From assembly GCF_022539665.2 (NCBI RefSeq), contig NC_081331.1:9300001-9364000 (forward strand): a DNA stretch of 64,000 bases. The letters are read 5' to 3'. Made by a program: the position numbers and the translations under genes. This stretch comes from Daphnia carinata (taxonomy: Eukaryota). Below, piece after piece: positions 1 to 11,793 of the stretch. The stretch's first letter is position 1; the number at the start of each line of letters is the position of its first letter. Under the pieces are notes generated by a model. The model was not told the origin of the DNA and did no database searches. It worked only from the letters and a program-made list of their open reading frames with translations.

Positions 1-134
1 ACGTAGCTAGGGAAGCGAATGTAGTTTAAAGTCTATTTCTGTCCATCCTTCGAACAATGGCTCTGCTGCAAACGCGTAATCTTTCTTTGCTGACTCTGCG
101 AGACGTTGACACTCCCTTTCCTGCTTCTCCTTTT

Positions 135-998
135 CTAATCCAGCGAGAAGCTATTACTCACTGCCACCTGTGCCAGAGTGTTATATATTTCCTCATCGTT
201 CAAATTCTCGTCGTCCTTCTCCGTTAAGTCGTGATTTGGGTACACGGGGCAAAGAATATTGAATAACAAGTCGTTCATAGCGCTTCGAGGTGGTTGAGTT
301 AGCCAGGGTGGATCATCCCGATATCGAGGATTGAAACGCACATATCCCTGTTCTACAAATGGCGGCTTCAGATACAGGCTCTTGCGTCGGAGGTGGTACG
401 TACGAGACAGGCGGCCAGCAAGGTAGTGGGGGTACAAAAATTTGCAGGCGGTGGTCGGCCTCAATAAGCGTCGATGTCAAAATTACAGAATCTTCTTACA
501 TTGGGTCGTAACGGACATAAGAGGCAGATTCCTACACGTTGGGCACGTCGATGATCCCCTCACTGTTTAGGTCATTTTCGTAACGAGCTTGTGGTGGAGG
601 TGGTACATACGAAAGAGTTGGCCTGTAAGGCGGTGGAGGTACAAAGTCTGGACGTGGTAGTCGGTTCCAATAAGCGTCGATGCCTGAATTACCGTCTCCT
701 TGTGGCATTGGGCCGTAACGGACATAAGAGCCTGATTCGTCGTCCGATTCCACCACATTCCGCCCATCGAGCGTAACATACTTGTTCACCTGGCTTTCCG
801 GACGACCTGGTGGTGGAGTTGTTGGAACGTACAGGGTCTTACCATCGGGTGGTAAAGGTGGTAAAGATTTAAGCTGGGACTCAAAGTCGGGTGCCATTGG
901 TGCTCTGACGATGCTTGGGTTTTCGTAACTAAACTTTCTTCTAGTTCAAATCCGATAACCAGTGTTGCCCATGAAACAATTTCAGAAGAGGACTTCAT
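135..998 (-). pseudogene. Degenerate proline-rich repeat protein gene, unknown family
   Basis: ORFs 786-998, 532-897 and 135-464 lie in series on the minus strand, separated by a frameshift and stops. The peptide block SYVRY(G/D)PM...FVPP...SYVPPP recurs in both DNA repeat units. Confidence 0.35.
380..738. repeat. Diverged tandem duplication, period ~206-207 bp
   Basis: AATAAGCGTCGATG at 463 and 669; ACGGACATAAGAG at 511 and 718; GAGGTGGTAC(G/A)TACGA at ~390 and ~597. Confidence 0.8.
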
Positions 999-1688
999 TT
1001 TGAATAGATATTTTCTTACTTTCGAAGAGTCGTAGAAAAAACTTTGAATTTTTCACCGTTTTTTCCTTTGCTTATAAGGAAACCAAGCAAGAACCACCAG
1101 CTAAGTGTTTCAAATTTAGTGTGATTTTATTTAATTTTCAAATTTTCAGTCAAACATAATCATGTTTAGTTCTGCCTTTCCGCAAGCTTAGTTCAAAACA
1201 ATATTTAATTTGTATAATTTTCGGCATTCCTCGTGAAATAATGATAAGAATGACGACCAGCTGGACGGGACAATATAGCTTGCACGTACACAATTTCATC
1301 CTTGTTAAACGCCATCTAGCGGTATTCTAACACCGCTACGTACAAGTTTCTATTGCGCTTAATGTAACAAAAGTTTTCCAACGATTCAAACTGTTTTCTG
1401 TTCTATGTTAAATGAAAAAAAAAGTTTGTAATTTTCAATGTGATGGTGCCCATTTCAGAAACAACCACAGAGTAGTATTTACAACTGCGTCGGCCCGTGC
1501 GCAACTGAAACATTGGGCCTTTAACACGATTTCTCATTTCTCTTTGTTGTTCTGGGCACCATTTCCTTCGTTACGCATGAAATCGAGTTTAGTTTTATTC
1601 ATATTCGAAAATCAAATGATTCTATTGGAGGCATTGACTGAAAGAGTTTCTTTCATGGCTATACTATGGCAAGTTTTTAGTGCCATAC

Positions 1689-2264
1689 CATGGTGTACAA
1701 TAAGGATGGTGAAAGAACTCTTCGTTATAACGGCCTATCTCGGCTGAAGGCTAATAGGGGTCTAGGTTAGATATTGTCAGAGACGCCTAGTGGCCGATAT
1801 TGAAGTAAAAGGTAAAGGCTGCACCTGCTTGAAAAATTTTCTAAGTCCAAACAAGGGGACGTGTCCCATTATCCCATTACCTCTTAGCTATCAAATTACC
1901 GTTATAACTTTTCTTTTATTATATTATCGTATTTGACATTTAGTTTGTTTAGAATAAATTTAATGATCAATTCTTTTGTTTAAAAGTAGCCCGTTGTAAT
2001 GAATTAAATTTATATAGCAATAGGAAAGGAGAATAAAGAAAGATCTAGACTGGGTTCGAACTCGAGACTCCCGTACTGTAATCGAGTGTTATATCCATTA
2101 GACCACAGAATTTGTAATACCGTTCTTATCGCGACACTAGTAAATATGAGGGTGGCGTTGGCTATATCTAACCTCAATTAGGCCACACCCACCTCCTATG
2201 AAACAGGCTTCATTCGAGATAGGCCTTAAAATGGAGAGTTGTTTCACCATCCTTGTACACCATG
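1689..2264. mobile_element. Non-autonomous TIR element (MITE), P-superfamily-like
   Basis: Imperfect ~50-bp TIRs CATGGTGTACAA(TAA)GGATGGTGAAA... / ...TTTCACCATCCTTGTACACCATG. 7-bp TSD GCCATAC at 1682-1688 and 2265-2271. CA-N-RG termini with a 7-8 bp TSD fit the P superfamily. Confidence 0.8.
2043..2110 (-). pseudogene. tRNA-derived sequence (A box and B box) inside the MITE
   Basis: Minus strand reads CTGTGGTCTAATGGATATAACACTCGATTACAGTACGGGAGTCTCGAGTTCGAACCCAGTC. A box TGGTCTAATGG and B box GAGTTCGAACCC are at tRNA spacing; acceptor and anticodon stems pair poorly. Confidence 0.55.
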
Positions 2265-3018
2265 GCCATACTATGGCAAGGCGTCCGGGCAACCCCTAAT
2301 TTTTGAGCTGCCTCGCTCTGGTTGACGCGGTAAGCACTTGACCGTCGCCCGATTGGTTTTTGTTACGGGGCAGGGAGGGAACCCGATTATAGCATTCGCT
2401 TGAGAAGCTGAGGACAGACCACTGATTACATCCAATAGGAGCCGATCGTTAACTACGATTCTGCAGGGCCGTTGCTCAAGAAGAACTTCACACGTGCACC
2501 CCTAGATGGCGCTATGTACCCTTCCGTGGTAATTTCGAAATAGTATTCAACATATATGGACTATAAGTTCCTTGACCGTAAGTACCGTAAGACTTTCAAC
2601 AAAGAAAACTAGCCGGTCGTCAACTCGAGACACTTCCGAGCTATCGACAAAGTCTACACGTGGTCTGCAGTGAAATTCGTGATTCTAAAGTTAGTAAAAT
2701 TTTTATGTAATAATGATTCGCATCCCAATAATAAGTAAGCTTGTAAAAAATGTTAATGTTTTCGTAAGATACCGGTATTGTTTAGCTGTAAAGGCAAATG
2801 TAGACGAGATGCAGTAAGTGACGTCATTTCGCCATTTCCAACGTCCACGTCTTGCCGATAAATTTTTCTTAATTAAAATTTTTGCTAAAAATCACATTAG
2901 AAGGGGATCTGTGCTATACTTTTGCTTCCAAGGATATTAAAGTGTTATCTTTGATCTGTTTTGCAACATTTAATAATATGTTCTAATGGAATTAACTGCC
3001 CACAGGTAATCAGTAGAA

Positions 3019-5394
3019 ATGCCTTCCGACTCAAAAAAGAAAAGAGATGCGAAAAGGAAGGAAGGGGCCAAATCCAGTGCATCCAATGGAACCAGTGCAT
3101 CTGGCAACTTAAAAAATGGCAATAACATCGAACTGACTGCTGAAGGTATAATGCTTACTGGCAAAAAAAAGTATTCTGAGATAGCACTTGGCATTAGACA
3201 TGTAAATTGTATTAAATTAACTTAAGTATTGCATATTCTTAATAGATGTGGCATGAAATAGCTTGTAAATTTCATAATAGAAATATATTGTCATAGTTGC
3301 TAAATAGTAAAACGTTTTTACTTAATATCTTTTCCACTACGCAGAAGCCCTGTGCAAAAAGTTAGAAGAAGATGCCAGAATTGCTGCCGAAGCAAGGGCA
3401 GTTACAGGAGTTCTAGGGTAATCGGAACAGAGATTTTTTCACAATTTTCCTTTAGCTTATCTATTTTTATTTGTCTTTTAGTGTTCATCCCAAGAGCCGG
3501 GATATTAAGATTGACAATTTATCAATCACTTTTTACGGATTTGAGCTGTTACAAGACACGACCTTAGAATTGAATTGTGGCCGACGTTATGGACTTATAG
3601 GTTTAAATGGAAGTGGAAAATCTGCTCTTCTCGCTACACTGGGAAACCGAGAAGTTCCTATTCCGGAGCATATAGATATTTACCATCTCACACGTGAAAT
3701 TCCAGCCTCGGATAAAACAGCGCTACAGTGTGTTGTGGAAGTAGATGAAGAACGAACACATCTTGAACACCTTGCAGAGCAATTGGTAAATGCAGGAGAT
3801 GATGAGTCTCAAGATCAACTAATGGATATTTACGAGCGTCTTGATGAAATGAGCGCTGATACAGCCGAAATGCGTGCGGCAAGCATCCTTAATGGTTTGG
3901 GATTTACCAAAGAAATGCAACAAAAGAAAGCAAAAGATTTCTCTGGTGGATGGCGTATGCGGATTGCGTTGGCACGTACACTTTACGTTAAGCCACACTT
4001 GCTTCTGCTGGATGAGCCAACCAATCACTTGGACTTGGATGCTTGTGTATGGCTGGAAGAAGAACTTAAAAACTACAAGCATATATTAGTAATCGTGTCT
4101 CATTCGCAAGATTTCATGAATGGAGTCTGCACGAACGTAATAATTTAAACAAATGGAAATCAATTTCTATCTCATTTTACTGACGTTTCTATTTTTCAAC
4201 AGATTATCCATTTGACTCAAAATAAATTGAAGAACTACTCAGGAAACTATGACACCTTTGTTAGGACTAGAGCTGAATTACAAGAAAATCAGATGAAACA
4301 ATATAAATGGGAGCAAGATCAAATGGCTCACATGAAGGTGAGAACAGTTCTAGGAATCGTAACAGTTCATTATTTTTCAATTGTCGTTTGCTTGATGTAG
4401 GACTATATTGCTCGTTTTGGCCACGGAAGTGCTAAGCTTGCACGGCAAGCTCAAAGTAAAGAAAAGACATTAGCTAAAATGGTAGCTGGTGGTTTGACTG
4501 AAAAAGTTGTTAGTGACAAAACTGTGTCGTTTCATTTTCCGTCGTGCGGCCCTATTCCGCCTCCAGTTATCATGGTTCAAAACGTCAGCTTTCGCTACAG
4601 CGATAATACACCCTGGATCTATCGGAACCTGGAGTTTGGAATCGACCTTGACACTCGTCTTGCTTTGGTTAGCTATATTTTTATATTTGTACATATTCGA
4701 TCCAGTAGATATGTACAATTTTTTTGTTTATTTCTATTGTTTTTTTTGTTTGTTTTTTTTAACCTAAAGTTAAGTAGTGATACAACGCTAATAATATAAA
4801 TAATAATTGTAGGTTGGGCCGAATGGTGCAGGGAAGTCCACTCTTCTTAAGTTGATATTTGGTGATTTGGTTCCAACGGAGGGAATGATCCGGACCAATA
4901 GCCATTTGAAAATTGCACGTTACCACCAGCATCTGCACGAAATGTTGGACTTGGATCTATCACCCCTAGAATACATGATGAAATGTTTTCCGGAAGTGAA
5001 AGAAAAGGAAGAAATGAGAAGGATTGTTGGTCGATATGGTCTCACAGGCAAGCAACAGGTTTGCCCTATTCGTCAGCTAAGCGACGGACAACGATGTCGA
5101 GTTGTATTTGCTTGGCTTGCCTGGCAAGTGCCTCATCTTCTTCTACTTGACGAGCCTACTAACCACTTGGATATGGAGACGATCGATGCGTTGGCTGATG
5201 CCATCAAGGACTTCGAAGGTGGTTTGGTTCTTGTTTCTCACGACTTTCGGCTGATTAACCAAGTCGCCAAAGAAATCTGGATATGCGAACATGGAACTGT
5301 TACCAAATGGAAGGGTGACATTTTGTCGTATAAAGAACATCTTAGGCGCAAAGTGTTGAAAGCCAATTTAGCAAACGCTAAACTAGGAAAATAA
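3019..5394 (+). CDS. ABCF2: ATP-binding cassette sub-family F member 2
   Basis: Six exons (3019-3145, 3345-3417, 3482-4136, 4203-4337, 4401-4667, 4813-5394) with GT-AG introns. Two ABC domains ([44 protein letters not shown]), no TM segments, N-terminus [12 protein letters not shown] typical of ABCF2. Confidence 0.96.
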
Positions 5395-6096
5395 TTTTAA
5401 TTTTATCGAAACTAATTTTTCGAAAATTGCTTTGAATAAATTAAGTCCAATGATAACGTTGTAAGCGTCAATTGGCACATTGGACTGATTTTGTTTTGTA
5501 TCTACTACAATTTTCTTGTCCATTTCGTTTTTATCTTTTTCGATTTTTTTTTCGTCTTATGAAGTTATCAAAGAATTGGATGCCACGTGAAAGAAATACG
5601 TTTCACTAATAATGGAAGTGGGGTAGAAATATCTAAGTACGGACCGCGCGTGAATGTCACACTTAATCAAATGCGTCGAAAATAAAATTGACTGCAAAAA
5701 AAAAATGAAATAATTGTCCAAAAGTGCAGTCATCTACAATAGCATTTCACCGTTTAACAAATGCTATTCTGAAAAATCAAGAATGTGATGCATGACACCT
5801 TTCACCCATACAATCACGGTAAAAATTATTTTACATAATTCTATTATCTGCGATATTAGTCCACTTCTTATCCAATCTGGTCACACAACGCCCTTACTTA
5901 TACTTTTCGAGTTGAAAACAGTTAACTATAGAATTTAGGCTCACCGATGGTTACTTGGGAGAAAATGAATCGAGTAACGTTTTACGGAACATGTTTTAAC
6001 ACATAAAATATCTTTTGACTTGCAGTTGGACTACACAATAACAGTCATCAACTCCAATAAATCCCCCTTACTCATTTTCTTACAACTGCATGGTTC

Positions 6097-9000
6097 TCAT
6101 TCCATCTCCACCAATGTTATTCCTTCTTCCACGGTGTCTCCGGGACGGCAGTTTACCGACTTTATCTTTCCGGTGGCTGTAGCAGTTAACTTATTTTGCA
6201 TTTTCATAGCCTCTGTGGGAGTAAAAAAAAACAAAACAAATAAAAATATAGATATAAAATATAACATTCATATCGACAACGATCGGATGTTAGCCAGGAA
6301 ACACATGCAACTAGTTTAATTCAGTTAGGTACGTACCGATCACCAAAACTTCTTGTCCTTCACTAACGCTATCCCCAACTTTAACATTCACGCTCCGTAC
6401 GACTCCGGGCATCGGTGATAGTACAGCTTTGCTTACGTCCACCTGGTAATCACGGTAAATTTAGAAATTCTTGTTGAAAAATTTCCTCAATAAAATTTCA
6501 AATAACAATACCTTTGGCTTCTCCAGCATGTGCGACACATAGCCTTCGGTTTTTTTGGTCAAAATACTTACTGCAAATGGTGTGCCCTTAAATCTAAGAG
6601 AAAAAAAAAGAATTACGCGTGTTTACAAGCTCAGGTTGGTTTAAAATTACCTAATGCGAAAATCTCCATTCGAATTTTTCGAGATAAGCTGAACTACGTG
6701 ATTTTCATCATCCACTGTTACTTTAATCACAGGGGAAGCAAGATTAAGGGTGTTTCGTATGCGGTATGTCTTTCCTTCGATGGTCGCCTGATCACACGTC
6801 GATAGATAATCGAAGCAATTGTTCTCTAAATATTAGTTTGCTTTAAAAAAGTATTACTTATAAAGCTTACCTTATAATAACCATCATCACCCAATTCTAC
6901 TTCGCAAGGGGATTTGTTTCCTGCGACGTTAACTGATAAGACCCACTTCTCAACATTTTTTTTCAGCATGCAATTATCATTTCTCTCATTGGCAAATGCT
7001 TGTAAGCGCAGTTCGTTAGTAGCCCACATGCATGCTGCTATGCTTATTAAATGCTGTCTTTCCAACAACTGGAGTTGTTTCCCCTGGAAGCCGTTCGGAT
7101 AGACCTATTTTTAAAGAAATAATAAAAAATAATAATCATAAGAACTATATGCTACCTCATATGATCCGGACGAGTATAAATATAACAATGTTAATGTCCA
7201 CCTTCCCTATTGCGAGAACAGGAGTGGGTTTATAGAATGGACAAAGCTGTTTTACCTCGGGAAGATACTTGGTGTTTATGTCTCCGCGGACAAATCGTGA
7301 TTCATCTAAGATGTCCCGTAATAAAGGAATATTGTGGGTAACACCTGATGGGAAGAACACGAAAATAGAAGAAAATTATGAAGTGTAATTTTGCTCAACC
7401 GAGCAGGAAAACCTAGCAAAATTCAGCAAATATTCAGTAGTATAATATATGGACCTTGGACGCAATACAACCAAATACATATGGACATTAATTTACAGCT
7501 AAAGGGGTAATATCGTTAGCTTTTGAAAAGAGTAACACTATAAATACCTCTGATAACATAGGAATCGAGGGCTTCGATTGAGGTTTTCAGAGCTTCATCG
7601 CGTGTAGGACCATGACATGCAAGCTTGCATATCATTGGATCGTAATAGATGCTTATTTCGCTACCCTCTTCGACTCCACTATCACAGCGGACATTCGGGA
7701 TAAACGTTGGTTCTATATACTGATCTAGACGTCCAATAGAAGGCAATCCAAAATTTTTGAAGGGATCCTCTGCATAAACCCGACACTCGATCGCCCATCC
7801 CTTTAGGGGAACATCTGATTGCTTGAGATTGAGACGGTGGCCTTGCCAGAAACACAAATAAAGATAATAACAATAGTTGCTGGTGAAAGAATTATAGAAG
7901 AACGTAGTGTTTATACCTTTTGCAACACGTATCATTTGATGTACGAGATCAATTCCAGTTATCATTTCTGTAATAGGGTGCTCTACTTGCAATCGAGTAT
8001 TCATTTCAAGAAAATAGAAATTCTTTTTAGAGTCGACTAAAAATTCAACAGTTCCCGCGGAGGAATAGCCGATTTTCTTTGCCAAAGATACAGCTTGTTG
8101 CCCCATTGCTATCCGTGTAGCTGGGTCTATGAAGGTGCTAAAGTATAAGGTAAATGTTAGAATGGCCAAACTTATGGTCTGAAGAATTAATTCGCTATAT
8201 GGTATCACCTAGGGGCTTCTTCAATAACTTTCTGATTGCGGCGCTGTATGCTGCATTCTCTTTCATTCAAATAAATTACATTCCCTAGTTTATCTCCAAG
8301 TATCTGTTTTAAGAAAAAGTAAATGCTAATTAAAAAATAACAATAATAAATATAAAATTTTGTTTTTGATGAGTTAGAATGATTAATATAACAATATTAG
8401 CAAGACTAAAAATTAATTACTTACTTGAATTTCTATATGTCTGGGGTTATCAACGAATTTTTCAACCAACATTCTGTCATCACCAAATGAGCTAATTTTT
8501 TTTTTTTCCAATAATACAATCAAATCTTTGTACATACATACACGTATAAAAATATTATTACCTTGCCGCCTCTTGTTTGGATAAACGAAATCCTTCCCTG
8601 TGAATTGAAATTTTTTTATTTTGAGACCTAAAATCTCATTCAGTTGAGGAATTGTTCACCTGGCTTCGGTATCATTCCATGCTATGCGCATGCCCTTCCC
8701 TCCACCTCCCGCAGAAGCCTTGATCATAACAGGATAACCAATATTCCGCGAAATTTCAAGGCAGTGTTCTTCATCTTTAACAACTCCATCAAATCCTGAG
8801 CGAGAACAAACAGCTCAATTTTTTATCAGGGGGTCTTCCTTAAAGAAATTTACCAGGAATGACATGAACTCCAGCCTCTTTTGCTACCCTTTTTGACTCA
8901 ATCTTGTCTCCCATGCCTGATATGGCATGTGCTGATGGACCTATAAAACTGATGCCTTCTTTTTCCTTAAAAAAGGGAAAAAAGTAAGAAGAAGAACAGC

Positions 9001-9666
9001 AATGAGGTATTACTGGCATTTTACCAGAAAACAAATTTGAAACAAAAACACATGACCAAATAAATTATGAACTTACCAGAATAGTCACAAATTCAGCATT
9101 TTCTGATAAAAATCCATATCCTGGGTGGACAGCTTGAGATCCAGTTTGCCTAATAACATTCAAAATTTTCTCCATATTTAAGTAAGATTCCCTGGTTGCT
9201 GGAGGTCCAATGCACACAGCTTCATCAGCCATTTTAACATGAAGCTAATGACAAAATAAGTCAGTATTGAGAACGAAAATGCACATAAACTCCACAGTTC
9301 AAACAATACTTAACCGCATTTGAATCAACTGTTGAGTGCACAGCTACAGTTTTGATGCCCATCAACTTAGCTGTTCGCATGACTCTGCAGGCTATTTCTC
9401 CACGATTTGCAATCAGAATCTTTTCAAACGTTGGTTCGGCTTTATCAATAGGGTCTGTTGTGTAAAACGACGACAATGATCTTCTGCCACATTCATTTTT
9501 AAGGGAATGATTAAAACTCCTGTGAATCTAACGTACATGAAAAAATTCATTTTAGTTTGAAAGAATGGTATTTGTTTCAGAACCTTTTGGGCAGCTAATT
9601 GTGTAAGTTTTGCACCTCAACAACACGCCATGCTTACCTTGATAAGGAATTGAAACCCCACGCCAT
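6097..9666 (-). CDS. PCCA: Propionyl-CoA carboxylase alpha chain, mitochondrial
   Basis: Multi-exon gene. First coding exon 9638-9666 splices to 9519, giving [29 protein letters not shown] (transit-peptide-like). Biotin carboxylase motifs [43 protein letters not shown]-like [16 protein letters not shown]; biotinyl domain EAMKMQN...[14 protein letters not shown]. Confidence 0.92.
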
Positions 9667-11793
9667 ACTTTAAGTTGATCATTTCGTGATTCAGGGAAAG
9701 TAAGTTCTGCAAAAATGGTTGCACTTACCAGAAGCAAAACAGACTTCGTCTGCTAGCTTCAAACCCAATTGAAATACCCGTACTGAAATCACTGAACCAC
9801 TGACCCATTTGGGGACCCTTGGTATTTCGTGTACGCATACCATATCCCAGCATAGCGTGGAAAACATTGTGGAATAGCAAAACTTGTCCGTTAGTGAAGG
9901 TAATGGACCTCAAAGCCCTTCTCTACGGTTCACTAGTACCACCACTTGTTAATACCATGTTGAACCCCCTTTTAACTTTCTCGCAACACTTTTTGAAATA
10001 CCCTCTCTCGCGGTTAGGGTGCCAATCGCGTTATATTAGCTCCACATGGATCCACCATGCCGTTTGTCTATAGTATTCTTTTCTGACGTTCAAGAAATTT
10101 TGGCAGGAAATAGAATATATGAAGAAACAAATGCGGGAGTAAATGGTTGAAATTAATTTTTTTTCGCGATTTCTTTCCCTTAGCCATGCGGCTATAATGA
10201 GAGTACGGTAAAGATTTATAGCCGAAGCCCTTATGAATATTTGAGTTACAACATTCGTGATTTGAATCTTAAAACACTTTGGGCTCCAGTGGATTATTTT
10301 CAGGAACATTAAAGCTAGTCCATTATCTCAAGGCTTACTTTTCATGTATCAATGCATCTTCGAACTAATATAGATTTGTATTGGATCATATCAGATGTGA
10401 ATAAAAAAATTTATTGTAGATCAACTGCATTAACCTCTAGACAAACGCATCGATTCAGACGGCTATGGAACTGTCCGTTGTTTGGACAGAAAATTTATTA
10501 TCAGCACTGATAAGGGAGTTTTTTTTATAGCATGTTACGCGAATAATTAATGTTGGTCACGTCCATGGGCGATCACCCAATAATCTTTGGGTGTTAAAAA
10601 ACGAGGCTTTTGTTTAAATTATGCGATTGCCAGATTTACTGGGTTTTTTCATGACCACACTTCCACTCTTATTTTTCTGTACTTTGATACCTTTACCTGA
10701 ATTTCGTAGTGCTCATGGGAGAATTGGACGGAGTTCTTTCATATCAGGCAGATTCGATACAACGCCGGCATAGCCCCATGAAAAAAGTGTTCAAGCATAA
10801 AGCTTTTTCAATTCTTGGTTTTCTCCTAACGCTTTTTTGACATTTACTTTATACAAGATATTTGAGAAGTTATATAAAAGCAGTTGTACAATAAAAAAAA
10901 AAAGGAAATCTTTCTTTAGACTAAATTTTCTCTAACAAGTCATCTTATATGCCTTCCAACGTTGAAAAAAAAAATGATGATTCAAATTAGTAGTGCTCTG
11001 TCGGATAAGGAAAAAAGTGAATTGTTCCGAAAACAGATTAAATAAATATTATTATAACAAGAGCACCGAATACTTGCGGCGTTTGATAAACATTTTTGCA
11101 TTGTAATACGTATGATAACTAATTCAATTTTGAATGAAATGACAAAAATTTTATAATAAAATTTAGTAATAATAAAGAATCCATCTTTCTTTATTCTTAC
11201 TTTGAGGTTTTGCTCGAAAAATTTTATGCAATAGAACACTGCTAACTAGTCATGTAGGTATCTAGGCCAATTTAAGAACTTTACCCTATTACCTATTAGT
11301 TTTAGCAAGGTATACAAGTTAAAAAGTTTACTCTGTAATAGCTACGCGTTGGTCTTAATATGAAGGACATGGTATTTCCCGCAATTTACCGGGCTAATTG
11401 CAGTAAGTAGCTCCTCCTACTAGGGGCGGGCCAAAGCCATTCCATGGAGTTTTCCACCGTATACCGCGGCAAAGCGTACGCGTAGAGGATTTACCATAGA
11501 CCCATCTGAACTTAGGTGTGGTCAATAAAAGAAACCTGATGCGATTTCCAACGAGCTAATTTTTTGTTATCGAAGAAATTGGAGAGTGGTGCTTAGAAGC
11601 TTTGTTTTATTGATTTATCTTGCTCTGCTTGATTTCAGTTCGACGGCTTTGTTTGATTGTTTGTGGATTTGGTTCAGAACATTGCTAAGGAGTAGTCCCA
11701 AAACAAACAGGTGTGGCCATCACTTAAAGCTTTTATCATTCTTCACTCATACTTCTTGGTAAAAATCATCATTACATTCTTATTTAGGTTATC

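Noticed and set aside
2043..2110. Functional tRNA gene
   Set aside because: Acceptor and anticodon stems do not pair properly; kept only as tRNA-derived sequence.
10031..10309. Alternative PCCA start (MFLKIIHW...) or the 9725-9913 ORF
   Set aside because: The ATG at 9666 with a strong AAG|GTAAGC donor gives an in-phase transit-peptide-like N-terminus; the upstream candidates are weaker, although the donor near 9728 is also phase-compatible and may mark an alternative or UTR exon.
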